From positions 147,534-211,533 of the forward strand of contig CAWJSR010000055.1 of the NCBI GenBank assembly GCA_963845515.1: DNA of 64,000 nt, in the 5' to 3' direction. Shown here in pieces: positions 21,223 through 30,178 of this stretch (position 1 is its first letter; each line of letters starts with the position of its first letter). Under the pieces are notes generated by a model. That model saw only the letters and a program-made list of their open reading frames with translations. It searched no databases and was not told where the DNA came from. Made by a program: the position numbers and the translations under genes. The DNA is from an uncultured delta proteobacterium (GTDB lineage: Bacteria; Myxococcota; Myxococcia; Myxococcales; Anaeromyxobacteraceae).

Positions 21223-21239
21223 AGTCGCCCTGCCGGCGA

Positions 21240-22862
21240 CTACAGCCCGATCTGCTTGAAGAAGTCGTTCCCCTTGTCATCCACGAGGATGAAGGCGGGG
21301 AAGTTCTCGACCTCGATCTTCCAGACGGCCTCCATCCCGAGCTCGGGGAAGTCGAGGACCTCGACCTTCTTGATGTTCTCCTCGGCGAGGACCGCGGCGG
21401 GGCCGCCCGGCGAGCCGAGGTAGAAGCCGCCCCACTTCTTGCACGCGTCGGTGACCTGCTGCGTGCGGTTCCCCTTCGCGATCATCACGAGCGAGCCGCC
21501 CTTCGCCTGGAGCAGGTCGACGTAGGAGTCCATGCGTCCGGCGGTGGTCGGGCCGAAGGAGCCCGACGCCTTGCCCGGGGGAGTCTTGGCCGGGCCGGCG
21601 TAGTAGATCGGGTGCTTCGTCAGGTACTCGGGGATCGGCTTGCCCGCGTCCAGGATCTCCTTGAACTTCGCGTGCGCGATGTCGCGCCCCACGATGATCG
21701 TGCCGTTGAGCAGCAGCGGCGTCGAGACCGGGTGCTTGGAGAGCTCGGCCAGGATCTCCTTCATCGGCCGGTTGAGGTCGATCTTCACGCCGTGCTCGTG
21801 CTTCCCCACCTTGAACTGCTCGGGGATGAGCCGGCTCGGGGCGTGATCGAGCTCCTCGATGAAGAGCCCCTCCTTCGTGATCTTGGCCTTCACGTTCCGG
21901 TCGGCCGAGCAGGAGACCGCCATGCCGACGGGGCAGGAGGCGCCGTGGCGCGGCAGCCGGATCACCCGGATGTCATGGGCGAAGTACTTGCCGCCGAACT
22001 GGGCGCCGATGCCGAGCTTGTACGCCTTCTCCAGCAGCTTCTGCTCCAGCTCCAGGTCCCGGAAGGCCTGGCCGTGCTCGTTGCCGGCGGTCGGGAGCGC
22101 GTCGAGGTAGCGGGCCGACGCGAGCTTCACCGTCTTCATGCACTGGTCGGCCGAGGTGCCGCCGACGACGATGGCGATGTGGTACGGCGGGCAGGCCGCC
22201 GTGCCGAGGTACTTCATCTTGTCGACGAGGAACTTCTCCAGCGTCGCGGGGTTGAGGAGGGCCTTCGTCTCCTGCCAGAGGCTCGTCTTGTTGGCCGAGC
22301 CGCCGCCCTTCGCGATGAAGAGGAACTTGTACTCCATGCCCTGCGTCGCGATGAGGTCGATCTGGGCCGGCAGGTTGGTGCCGGTGTTGACCTCCTTGTA
22401 CATGTCGAGCGCCGCGGTCTGCGAGTAGCGCAGGTTCTCCTTCGTGTAGGTCGCGTAGACGCCCTTCGAGAGCCACTCCTCGTCGTTGGCGCCGGTCCAG
22501 ACCTGCTGCCCCTTCTTCCCCATGATCGTCGCGGTGCCGGTGTCCTGGCAGATGGGCAGCTCGCCGCGCGCGGCGATCTCGGCGTTCTTCAGGAAGGCGA
22601 GGGCGACCCCCTTGTCGTTCTGCGACGACTCGGAGTCGGCGAGGATCTTGGCGACCTGCTCGTTGTGCGAGGGGCGGAGGAAGAACGAGACCTCGCGCAT
22701 CGCCTCGCGGGCGAGCGTCTCGAGCGCCGACGGGTCGACCTTGAGGATCTCCTTGCCGTCGAACTGCGCGACCGAGACCCCATCCTTGCCGATGGAGCGG
22801 TACTGGGTCGTGTCCTTACCGAGCGGGAACGGATCCTGGTACTGGAAGGCGGGAGTCGCCAT
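21240..22862 (-). CDS. fumA: Fumarate hydratase class I (Fe-S)
   Basis: 'PICQDTG'; 'KGGGSANK'; 'GTAACPPYH'; 'RHGASCP'; 'GPTTAGRMD'. Confidence 0.96.
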   Translation of the reverse strand: MATPAFQYQDPFPLGKDTTQYRSIGKDGVSVAQFDGKEILKVDPSALETLAREAMREVSFFLRPSHNEQVAKILADSESSQNDKGVALAFLKNAEIAARGELPICQDTGTATIMGKKGQQVWTGANDEEWLSKGVYATYTKENLRYSQTAALDMYKEVNTGTNLPAQIDLIATQGMEYKFLFIAKGGGSANKTSLWQETKALLNPATLEKFLVDKMKYLGTAACPPYHIAIVVGGTSADQCMKTVKLASARYLDALPTAGNEHGQAFRDLELEQKLLEKAYKLGIGAQFGGKYFAHDIRVIRLPRHGASCPVGMAVSCSADRNVKAKITKEGLFIEELDHAPSRLIPEQFKVGKHEHGVKIDLNRPMKEILAELSKHPVSTPLLLNGTIIVGRDIAHAKFKEILDAGKPIPEYLTKHPIYYAGPAKTPPGKASGSFGPTTAGRMDSYVDLLQAKGGSLVMIAKGNRTQQVTDACKKWGGFYLGSPGGPAAVLAEENIKKVEVLDFPELGMEAVWKIEVENFPAFILVDDKGNDFFKQIGL

Positions 22863-22983
22863 GGCTACGCATCTCCTGTTTGGACGAAGGGGTTCGGAAA
22901 TGGGGCTGTGCGGAGTGGCAAGGTAACCACAGCCTCCGAGCGGTGTCGACGGACGAGATCGCGCGGGGATAGAATGCCGCCCC

Positions 22984-23307
22984 ATGGCGAAACCCAAGAT
23001 CGACGAGCTGGTGAAGGGGAAGGGGCCGGAGGCCGTCCGCGGCAAGACGGTCGAGGTCCACTACACCGGCTGGCTCACGGACGGTAAGCAGTTCGACTCC
23101 TCGGTCGGCGGGACGCCCTTCTCCTTCCGGCTGGGCGCCGGCGAGGTGATCGAGGGCTGGGACCGAGGCGTGGCAGGCATGAAGGTCGGCGGCAAGCGGA
23201 AGCTCACCCTCCCCCCCGAGCTGGCCTACGGAGCCGCCGGCGCGCCGCCGGACATCCCGCCCAACTCGACGCTGGTCTTCGAGGTCGAGCTGCTGGCGGT
23301 GTATTAG
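22984..23307 (+). CDS. FKBP-type peptidyl-prolyl isomerase
   Basis: '[16 protein letters not shown]'; 'VIEGWD'; '[13 protein letters not shown]'. Confidence 0.96.
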   Translation: MAKPKIDELVKGKGPEAVRGKTVEVHYTGWLTDGKQFDSSVGGTPFSFRLGAGEVIEGWDRGVAGMKVGGKRKLTLPPELAYGAAGAPPDIPPNSTLVFEVELLAVY

Positions 23308-23543
23308 CCGCGCGCCTTCAGGAAGAAGACGATCCCGCCGCCGAGGGCGACGAGGCCGGTGACGATGTACATCGCGCCCGCCAGCATCGCCTTCGTGCCG
23401 ACGAGCAGGCCGGAGTTGGTGCGCATCTCGCGCCGCAGGAAGCCGTCGCGCAGTCCGAGCCACGCCGACGCGGCGCCGCCGAGGACGAGCACCGCCACGA
23501 TGCCGACGTGGAGCGGGTTGGAGGGGTCGAGGAGAGGCTCCAA
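23304..23543 (-). CDS. Small two-TM membrane hypothetical protein
   Basis: Two hydrophobic segments; directly follows pepD. Confidence 0.6.
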   Translation of the reverse strand: MEPLLDPSNPLHVGIVAVLVLGGAASAWLGLRDGFLRREMRTNSGLLVGTKAMLAGAMYIVTGLVALGGGIVFFLKARG

Positions 23544-23544
23544 C

Positions 23545-25005
23545 CTAGGTCCCCTTGCCGATCCGCTCGAGGACCGCCACCAGCAGCTTCCAGAACGTGG
23601 CGACCGACGGCACGCTCACCCGCTCGTCGGGGGTGTGGGCGTCGGTGAGGGTCGGGCCGAAGGAGACCATCTCCGTCCCGGGGTACTTCTCGCCGATGAT
23701 CCCGCACTCCAGCCCGGCGTGGAGCGCGCGGACCGCCATCGCCCTCCCGAAGTGCTCGGCGTGAACCGCGTCCACGAGCCTGACCAGCCCCGCGCCCGGC
23801 TCGGGCTTCCAGCCTGGGTAACCGCCCTGCAGCTCCATCGAGAAGCCGGCTAGCGCGCAGGCGGCCCCAATCCGCTCCACGAGCGCGCGGCGCGACGCGT
23901 CCACGGCGCTGCGCGTCAGGAAGCAGATCTGGGCGTGGCTGCCCTGCGTCTCGGCGATCCCGAGGTTGGTGGACGTCTGGACGAGCCCGGGCAGCTCCGG
24001 GCTCATCTCCTCGACCCCGTGCGGAGCCGCGGCCAGGAGCCCCGCGACGACGAACGCGTCGTCGGCCGACATCGGGGCGCCGTCCTCCGCCGCTTCGACG
24101 TTGAACGAGATCCCCGGATCGAGCCGGCCGTACGACGCGCGCCGCTCGGCCGAGAGCCGCGCGACGTCGGCCTCGATCGCGCCGCGCCTGGCAGGGTCAG
24201 CCCGGACGATGGCGAACGCCTCGCGAGGGATGGCGTTCCGCTTGTTCCCGCCCGCCGCGCTGACGAGCTCCAGCCCGTGCGCTGGGATCAGCGCGACGAG
24301 CAGCTGGCCGAGGAGCCGCAGCGCGTTGGCGCGGCCGGAGGCGATGTCGGTGCCGGAGTGGCCGCCCTTGAGGCCGGTGACCCGCAGACGGAGCGCCACC
24401 CTCCCCGGCGCCGGCGGTGCGCGCGTCAGCCGGCGCGTCGCCACCGCGTCGATCCCGCCCGCGCAGCCGATGATCAGCTCGCCCTCCTGCTCGCTGTCCA
24501 GGTTGAGCAGGTAGCGGGCGCGCAGCCAGCCGGGCTCGACCGCCTGCGCGCCGGTGAGCCCGGTCTCCTCGTCCACGGTGAAGAGCGCCTCGAGCGGCCC
24601 GTGAGTCAGCTCCTTCGAGGCCAGGACGGCGAGCGCAGCCGCGACCCCCATGCCGTCGTCCGCGCCCAGCGTGGTTCCGCGGGCACGGACCTGGTCGCCG
24701 TCGACGTAGACGTCGATAGGGTCGCGCGCGAAGTCGTGGGCAGTCCGCTCGTTCTTCTCGCAGACCATGTCGACGTGGGACTGGAGGGCGACGACCGGGG
24801 CCGCCTCGCAGCCCGGCGTCGCGCGCTTGCGCGCCAGGACGTTGCCGGCCGCGTCCTGCTCGACGTCACAGCCTGCTGCGCGGGCCTGGTCCATCACCCA
24901 CCGCGCGGCCGCCGCCTCGTTCTTCGAGCCGCGGGGGATCCGCGACAGGTCCAGGAAGTAACGCCAGAGCAGGCGGGGTTCGAGCGAAGTGAGCGTGTCG
25001 GCCAA
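23545..25005 (-). CDS. pepD: Aminoacyl-histidine dipeptidase (M20C)
   Basis: 'LQSHVDMVCEK'; 'TTLGADDG'; 'DEETGLTGA'; 'GGHSG'; 'HAGLECG'; 'HTPDE'. Confidence 0.94.
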   Translation of the reverse strand: MADTLTSLEPRLLWRYFLDLSRIPRGSKNEAAAARWVMDQARAAGCDVEQDAAGNVLARKRATPGCEAAPVVALQSHVDMVCEKNERTAHDFARDPIDVYVDGDQVRARGTTLGADDGMGVAAALAVLASKELTHGPLEALFTVDEETGLTGAQAVEPGWLRARYLLNLDSEQEGELIIGCAGGIDAVATRRLTRAPPAPGRVALRLRVTGLKGGHSGTDIASGRANALRLLGQLLVALIPAHGLELVSAAGGNKRNAIPREAFAIVRADPARRGAIEADVARLSAERRASYGRLDPGISFNVEAAEDGAPMSADDAFVVAGLLAAAPHGVEEMSPELPGLVQTSTNLGIAETQGSHAQICFLTRSAVDASRRALVERIGAACALAGFSMELQGGYPGWKPEPGAGLVRLVDAVHAEHFGRAMAVRALHAGLECGIIGEKYPGTEMVSFGPTLTDAHTPDERVSVPSVATFWKLLVAVLERIGKGT

Positions 25006-25090
25006 GCCTGGTCCCTCCGTGCCTGCGGCGCCCTGCCGCAGCGGACCCTCTTTTACAGGAACTTAGAGGCGAGGGCACCCCCCAGAGGCC

Positions 25091-25681
25091 TTACAGAACC
25101 CCACCCGAAAGTAGGGCAGAGACGAGCTCCCGGCTCACGCGGGCGTGGTTGCTCCGCCATTCGGCGTTGGCCTCCGGCCCGACCCGGTTGGCCACCGCCA
25201 GCGCAGCGGCGGCGGGAACGCCCGCTTCGGCACAGGCCGCGAAGACGCCGGTCAGCTCCAGGTGCTCGGCGGCCGCCAGGGTCGACAGCCGCCGCGCCCC
25301 CTCCAGCGTGCAGGTGATCGCCGGAGGGACGGCGACCGCGAAGCCCGGGAGCGGCAGAGACCAGCCCGCCGGCCAGCGGGTCCGCTCGATCTCCGGCCTG
25401 AACGCCCTGCCCTCCAGCTCGTCGAGCGAGGTGGCGATCGCCTCTGAGGCGCAGAGGTGCGCCCCGACGGCGAGCCGCCCGTCGTAGGCGCCGCAGGTCC
25501 CGATGAAGAGGACCCGGGCCGTCCTCGCCTCGACCAGGAGCCGCGCCGTGGCGGCTGCCGCGGCGAGCGCGCCCACGCCCGTCAGCGCCACGCGCCAGCC
25601 CGCCGGCGGCGCGGCGTCGAGGCCGGCGAGCTCCGGCGAGAAGGCGGCGAGGAGGAGGTTCTCTGCGGGACGTGACGTCAT
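25091..25681 (-). CDS. Nucleoside phosphorylase/nucleosidase family protein (futalosine hydrolase-like)
   Basis: 'TGVG..AAA'; 'LFIGTCGAY'; 'AEHLE..GV'; 'VANRVG'. Confidence 0.7.
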   Translation of the reverse strand: MTSRPAENLLLAAFSPELAGLDAAPPAGWRVALTGVGALAAAAATARLLVEARTARVLFIGTCGAYDGRLAVGAHLCASEAIATSLDELEGRAFRPEIERTRWPAGWSLPLPGFAVAVPPAITCTLEGARRLSTLAAAEHLELTGVFAACAEAGVPAAAALAVANRVGPEANAEWRSNHARVSRELVSALLSGGVL

Positions 25682-25771
25682 GCCCGACGTGATGCTACGC
25701 GGCGCGCACGTCGGCGTCGACTCCTGCTCTCCACCGAACGTCGCCGGCGGTCCACCGCTCCGGACCCGTCA

Positions 25772-27739
25772 TCAGGGGCAGGGGGCGACCCCGTCGCTGA
25801 ACGGAGTGCACCAGCCGGTGAAGGCGGAGCATCTCGTCCCCTCGACGCAGAACAGGTCGGCGGAAGCGTCGCACACCCCGCCGGCCGGCACGGTCCCCTC
25901 GACGCAGAGCCCCGACGACGCGCAGCCGAGCCCCCAGCAGCCTCCATGCTCTGCGCAGTCATCTCCTGCGCGCCAAGGAATGTCCGCGCAGCGCGTACCG
26001 GCGGCTGCGCTGCAATAGACGCCCATGCCGCACGCGGCAGCGGCGCAGCTCTCCCCTACGGGCACCAACGGACGGCAGCGCCGGTCCTCGGCGCAGCCGA
26101 GCCCCGTCTGGCAGTCGTTGTTGAACCCGGAGCAGTACTCAGCAACGGCGAGCCGGGGCCTGCAGACGCCGGAGTCACAGTAGAGCCCAGGCAGGCACGA
26201 GTCGACGCCGCGACCGCAGGGCTCCCCCTCGGCACCTGGCACGTCGGGGACGCAGAGGTGGGTTGCCCAGTCGCAGGCGCCCGAAAGGCACTCCCCGGAG
26301 TCGGAGCAGTCGCTGCCCTCGGGCTTCCTCGCCGCGCAGAGCCAGGGGCAGGTAATGCCGGCATCGCACCAGCCGGTCGCGCACTCGTCGCTCGAACCGC
26401 AGACGTCCCCGTCGGCAACGGTGCCCGTGAAGACGCCATCGCAGACCGCCGGGCCGCTCCCCCCATCGAGCTCCGCGCAGGTCGCAGCCTCGATCGCCGC
26501 CAGGCACTCGGTCGCCATCGCCGGGTCGTAGGCGATGCGCCCCGCATCGACGGAGGCCCTTCGCCTGAGTGCCGACCCGTTCGCGTGCTCCGCGCCGATC
26601 GCCACGAAGACGGCGCCGATCTTCTCGCACGACAGATTCCTGGCCCAGTAGGCGTCCATGATCATGGCAGCGCCCCCTCCCGCCGTCGCGAGGTCCCTCG
26701 CGACCGGCGTCGCTTCGACCGAGACCGAGACCGGCAACACCAGCGAGTTGGAGGCCCCGGCCGCCTCGAGGATGAGCATCCCCGACCAGGTTCCGGACGG
26801 CAGCGCCCCAGCTTCGACGGAGACCACGACGGTGAAGGGCGCGCTCGTGCCGCCGACCGTCGCGCCGAGCCAGGCCGCCGTCGAGGTCACGGTCGGCGCC
26901 GGGAGCGTGCCGGTGCCCGAGTTGCTCACGGTGAAGCTCTTCGCTGCCGGGCTCGCGCCGTACGGCAAGGAGAAGGAGAGGCCGGGGACCGAGGCGGCGA
27001 TCGTGGGCTGGGTCACCGTGTAGACGACCGGAATCAGGAGCGGGGAGTTGACCGCGTGGTCGTCAGTGATGGTCAGCGTCCCCGCGTACCTGCCGGCTTC
27101 GAGCCCGGCGGCGACCGTGACCGTCACCCCGCTGGCCATGGCGATCGGCATGGGCACGGAGGGGGTGACCGTGAGCCACGCCTGGTCGCAGACGATCGTG
27201 ACGTTGTCGAGTACGCCAGTCCCCGCGCTGGCGATGGAGAGTTCCTGCGCGGCCGCCGCCGCCCCGCCGAAGGCGCTGGTGAAGGTGAGGCGCGCCTTGT
27301 CCACCGCGATCACCGGGCTGAGCTCATCCCGCGAGATCTCCAGGACGACGGTGAGGGTCCTGCAGGCCGCACCGCTCGCACAGACCTCGACGGTCGCGAG
27401 TTGCAGTCCCTCCGGCACCGCGGTCGTGGAGGGGCGAACCGTCAGCGTCCAGGCCGAGCCAGAGCCGTCGAGGTCCACCTCGAGCCAGCCGCTCGTCGCG
27501 CCGGGGTACGCGACGGCCACGAGGGTCGAGGCGAGCGTCCCGCCGCGCGAGTAGCCGACGTCGACGGTCTTGGCGTCCGGCAACGCGCCCCCGGCCCTGA
27601 TCGGCCCGAAGTCGACCCGCGTCGCCGAGAGCGTCAGCTCCGGACCGGGCGCGGACTCTTCGGCCGGGCAGCCGACCAGGGTCGCGGCCAGCACAGCCGC
27701 CAGCAGCGCGCCGCGGCGCGCCTCGAACTTCGCCGTCAT
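25772..27739 (-). CDS. Lipoprotein with three BACON/Ig-like repeats and a C-terminal Cys-rich repeat region
   Basis: Lipobox 'LVGC'; three repeats with 'WL.V' cores; many C-x5-C-x4-C units after 'YDPAMATECL'. Confidence 0.8.
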   Translation of the reverse strand: MTAKFEARRGALLAAVLAATLVGCPAEESAPGPELTLSATRVDFGPIRAGGALPDAKTVDVGYSRGGTLASTLVAVAYPGATSGWLEVDLDGSGSAWTLTVRPSTTAVPEGLQLATVEVCASGAACRTLTVVLEISRDELSPVIAVDKARLTFTSAFGGAAAAAQELSIASAGTGVLDNVTIVCDQAWLTVTPSVPMPIAMASGVTVTVAAGLEAGRYAGTLTITDDHAVNSPLLIPVVYTVTQPTIAASVPGLSFSLPYGASPAAKSFTVSNSGTGTLPAPTVTSTAAWLGATVGGTSAPFTVVVSVEAGALPSGTWSGMLILEAAGASNSLVLPVSVSVEATPVARDLATAGGGAAMIMDAYWARNLSCEKIGAVFVAIGAEHANGSALRRRASVDAGRIAYDPAMATECLAAIEAATCAELDGGSGPAVCDGVFTGTVADGDVCGSSDECATGWCDAGITCPWLCAARKPEGSDCSDSGECLSGACDWATHLCVPDVPGAEGEPCGRGVDSCLPGLYCDSGVCRPRLAVAEYCSGFNNDCQTGLGCAEDRRCRPLVPVGESCAAAACGMGVYCSAAAGTRCADIPWRAGDDCAEHGGCWGLGCASSGLCVEGTVPAGGVCDASADLFCVEGTRCSAFTGWCTPFSDGVAPCP

Positions 27740-27958
27740 GGTCCGTACCCCCCGAGGCACGCATCTTGTCAACGCGGCAGCCTCACCGCAAGCAAAGGAA
27801 TGGACCAGCCCGACCGACGAGCCGAGTCAGCACGTGCTGCTGCGGGAGCGGAACCCGAGCGCCTTCACCTCCGTAGATCCCGGTACGCCCGCGCACCCTT
27901 CCGCCCCATTCCCGGGTCCGTTAGAATCGCGCCCCCTCAGCACCCGGAGCGCGCAGCG

Positions 27959-28852
27959 ATGCACAGCAAGCCCAACAAGTTCCGCGTCGGCCTCGTCCAG
28001 ATGGCGATGTCGAGCGACCCGCAGGCCAACGAAGAGAAGGCCGCCGCGAAGGTGGAGGAGGCCGCCCGCGACGGGGCGGAGGTCGTCTGCCTGCCCGAGA
28101 TGTACCGGACGCCCTACTTCTGCCAGCGCGAGGACGCGGCGCTCTTCGACCTCGCCGAGCCGGTCGCCGGCCCCAGCGGCGCGCGCTTCGCGAAGGTCGC
28201 GAAGCAGGCGGGCGTCGCGGTCATCGTCCCGATCTTCGAGAGGCGCGCGGCCGGGCTCTACCACAACAGCGCGATCGTCATCGACGCCGACGGCCAGACC
28301 GTCGGCCTCTACCGCAAGATGCACATCCCCGACGACCCTGCCTTCTACGAGAAGTTCTACTTTGCGCCTGGCGACCTGGGGTTCAAGGCGTTCGACGTGA
28401 AGGCGGGGCGCATCGGCACGCTCATCTGCTGGGACCAGTGGTACCCGGAGGGCGCGCGGCTCACGGCGCTGCAAGGGGCCTCGATCCTGTTCTACCCGAC
28501 CGCGATCGGTTGGCACCCCGCCGAGAAGGCGGAGCACGGCGCCTCGCAGCGCGACGCGTGGCGCACGGTCCAGCGCGGCCACGCGGTGGCCAACGGCGTC
28601 TACGTCGCGGCGGTGAACCGCGTCGGCCACGAGGTCTTCAACCCGGGCACGCCGGGGCTCCAGTTCTGGGGCAGCTCCTTCCTCTGCGACCCGCTCGGCG
28701 TCGTGATCGCCGAGGCGTCGATCGACGCGGAGGAGACCCTGATCGGCGAGGTGGACCTCGGCCGGATCGAGGAGGTCCGGCGCGGCTGGCCGTTCCTCCG
28801 CGACCGGCGGATCGACGCGTACGGCGACGTCGTGAAGAGGTTCATCGATTGA
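27959..28852 (+). CDS. aguB: Carbon-nitrogen hydrolase, N-carbamoylputrescine amidase
   Basis: E-K-C triad: 'CLPEM', 'YRKMHIPDDP.FYEKFYF', 'ICWDQWYPE'; 'YPTAIGW'; adjacent to aguA. Confidence 0.88.
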   Translation: MHSKPNKFRVGLVQMAMSSDPQANEEKAAAKVEEAARDGAEVVCLPEMYRTPYFCQREDAALFDLAEPVAGPSGARFAKVAKQAGVAVIVPIFERRAAGLYHNSAIVIDADGQTVGLYRKMHIPDDPAFYEKFYFAPGDLGFKAFDVKAGRIGTLICWDQWYPEGARLTALQGASILFYPTAIGWHPAEKAEHGASQRDAWRTVQRGHAVANGVYVAAVNRVGHEVFNPGTPGLQFWGSSFLCDPLGVVIAEASIDAEETLIGEVDLGRIEEVRRGWPFLRDRRIDAYGDVVKRFID

Positions 28853-29923
28853 GCCCGGCGAACGGAGGGACGCCGGAGGCGCAGGGCTTCGCCATGCCTG
28901 CCGAGTGGGCGCGGCACGAGGCGACGTGGCTCTCCTTCCCGCACAACGCCGCCGACTGGCCGGGCAAGTTCGCCCCGATCCCGTGGGCCTACGCGGAGAT
29001 CGTCCGCTGGGCCGCCGAGGGGGAGACCGTCCGGCTCATCGTCAAGGACGCCGCCCACGAGAAGAGCGCCCGCCGCGTGCTCGGGCGCTCCGGCATCCCG
29101 CTCGACCGCGTCCAGCTCCTGCGCTGGCCCACCGACCGGGGCTGGATGCGTGACACCGGACCGATCTGGGTGACGCGCGCCAGGCGCCCGGGCGATCGTC
29201 CGGTTCCGCTTCGACGGCTGGTCCAAGTACCCGAACTGGAAGAGGGACGTGAAGCTCCCGGAGCGGGCGGCGGCGCGGCTCGACGCCGAGCTCCTGCCGA
29301 TGGTCCACCGCGACCGCGAGGTGATCCTGGAGGGCGGCGCCATCGACGTGAACGGCGCCGGCACGATCCTCACGACCGAGGAGTGCATGCTCGACCCGAA
29401 GGTCCAGGTCCGGAACCCGGGCTTCGGGCGCGCCGACTACGAGGCCGTCTTCCGCGACGCGCTCGGGGCACGGAACACGATCTGGCTCGGGCGCGGCATC
29501 GCCGGCGACGACACGCACGGCCACGTGGACGACCTCGCCCGCTTCGTGGGGCAGAAGACCGTCGTCCTCGTCCGCGAGGACGATCCGAAGGATCCCAACT
29601 ACGCGCCGCTCGAGGAGAACCGCGAGCGGCTCCAGGGCGCGCGGCTGGAGGACGGCTCGCGGCCCGAGGTCGTCTACCTGCCGATGCCCGGGCCGGTCGT
29701 CTTCGACGGTCAGCGGCTGCCGGCGAGCTACGCCAACTTCTACATCGCCAACGCAGCGGTCCTGGTGCCGACCTTCGACGACCCCTCCGACCGCGAGGCG
29801 CTCGGGATCCTCGGAGACCTCTTCAAGGACCGGCCCGTCGTCGGGATCCACGCCCGCGACCTCGTCTGGGGGCTCGGCACTATCCACTGCCTCTCGCAGC
29901 AGGAGCCGGCAGTACCCCTGTAA
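28849..29923 (+). CDS. aguA: Agmatine deiminase; frameshift near 29180
   Basis: 'MPAEW..HEATW'; 'WMRDTGP'; 'LEGGAIDVNG.GT.LTTE'; 'DDTHGHVD'; 'ASYANF'; 'GTIHCLSQQ'. Confidence 0.92.
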
Positions 29924-30047
29924 TCGGCCGGAGGTCCGTCTCGTTTCCGGGCGCCGCCCGCCCGAACCGCTCCGCAGTCGAGGCAGCCGTGGAGGCCCTT
30001 CTTGGGGCTCCGCGCCAAATTTCCTCGTTTCGTGCGACCGCGCGCTA

Positions 30048-30063
30048 TGGCGCACTCCTTGCG
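30048..30063 (+). promoter_or_regulatory. Sigma54 (-24/-12) promoter
   Basis: TGGCGC-actcc-TTGC with canonical GG to GC spacing, about 115 nt upstream of the lipoprotein start. Confidence 0.65.
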
Positions 30064-30178
30064 TTGCGTGCTACCGATTCAGGGCTCGGCACGGCGGGGG
30101 ATCAGAATCACCATCGGTCACCCCTCTGCGCCCACGTCGTTCACCGTTCGTGGCATCGCATACGCGGAGGATCCCCCG

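Noticed and set aside
19950..23087. 1045-aa + strand ORF, and similar long ORFs at 2116-3987, 7679-9892 and 30071-32239
   Set aside because: These are antisense shadows of well-supported genes, expected in high-GC DNA. The only real part of 19950-23087 is the short vapC N-terminus.
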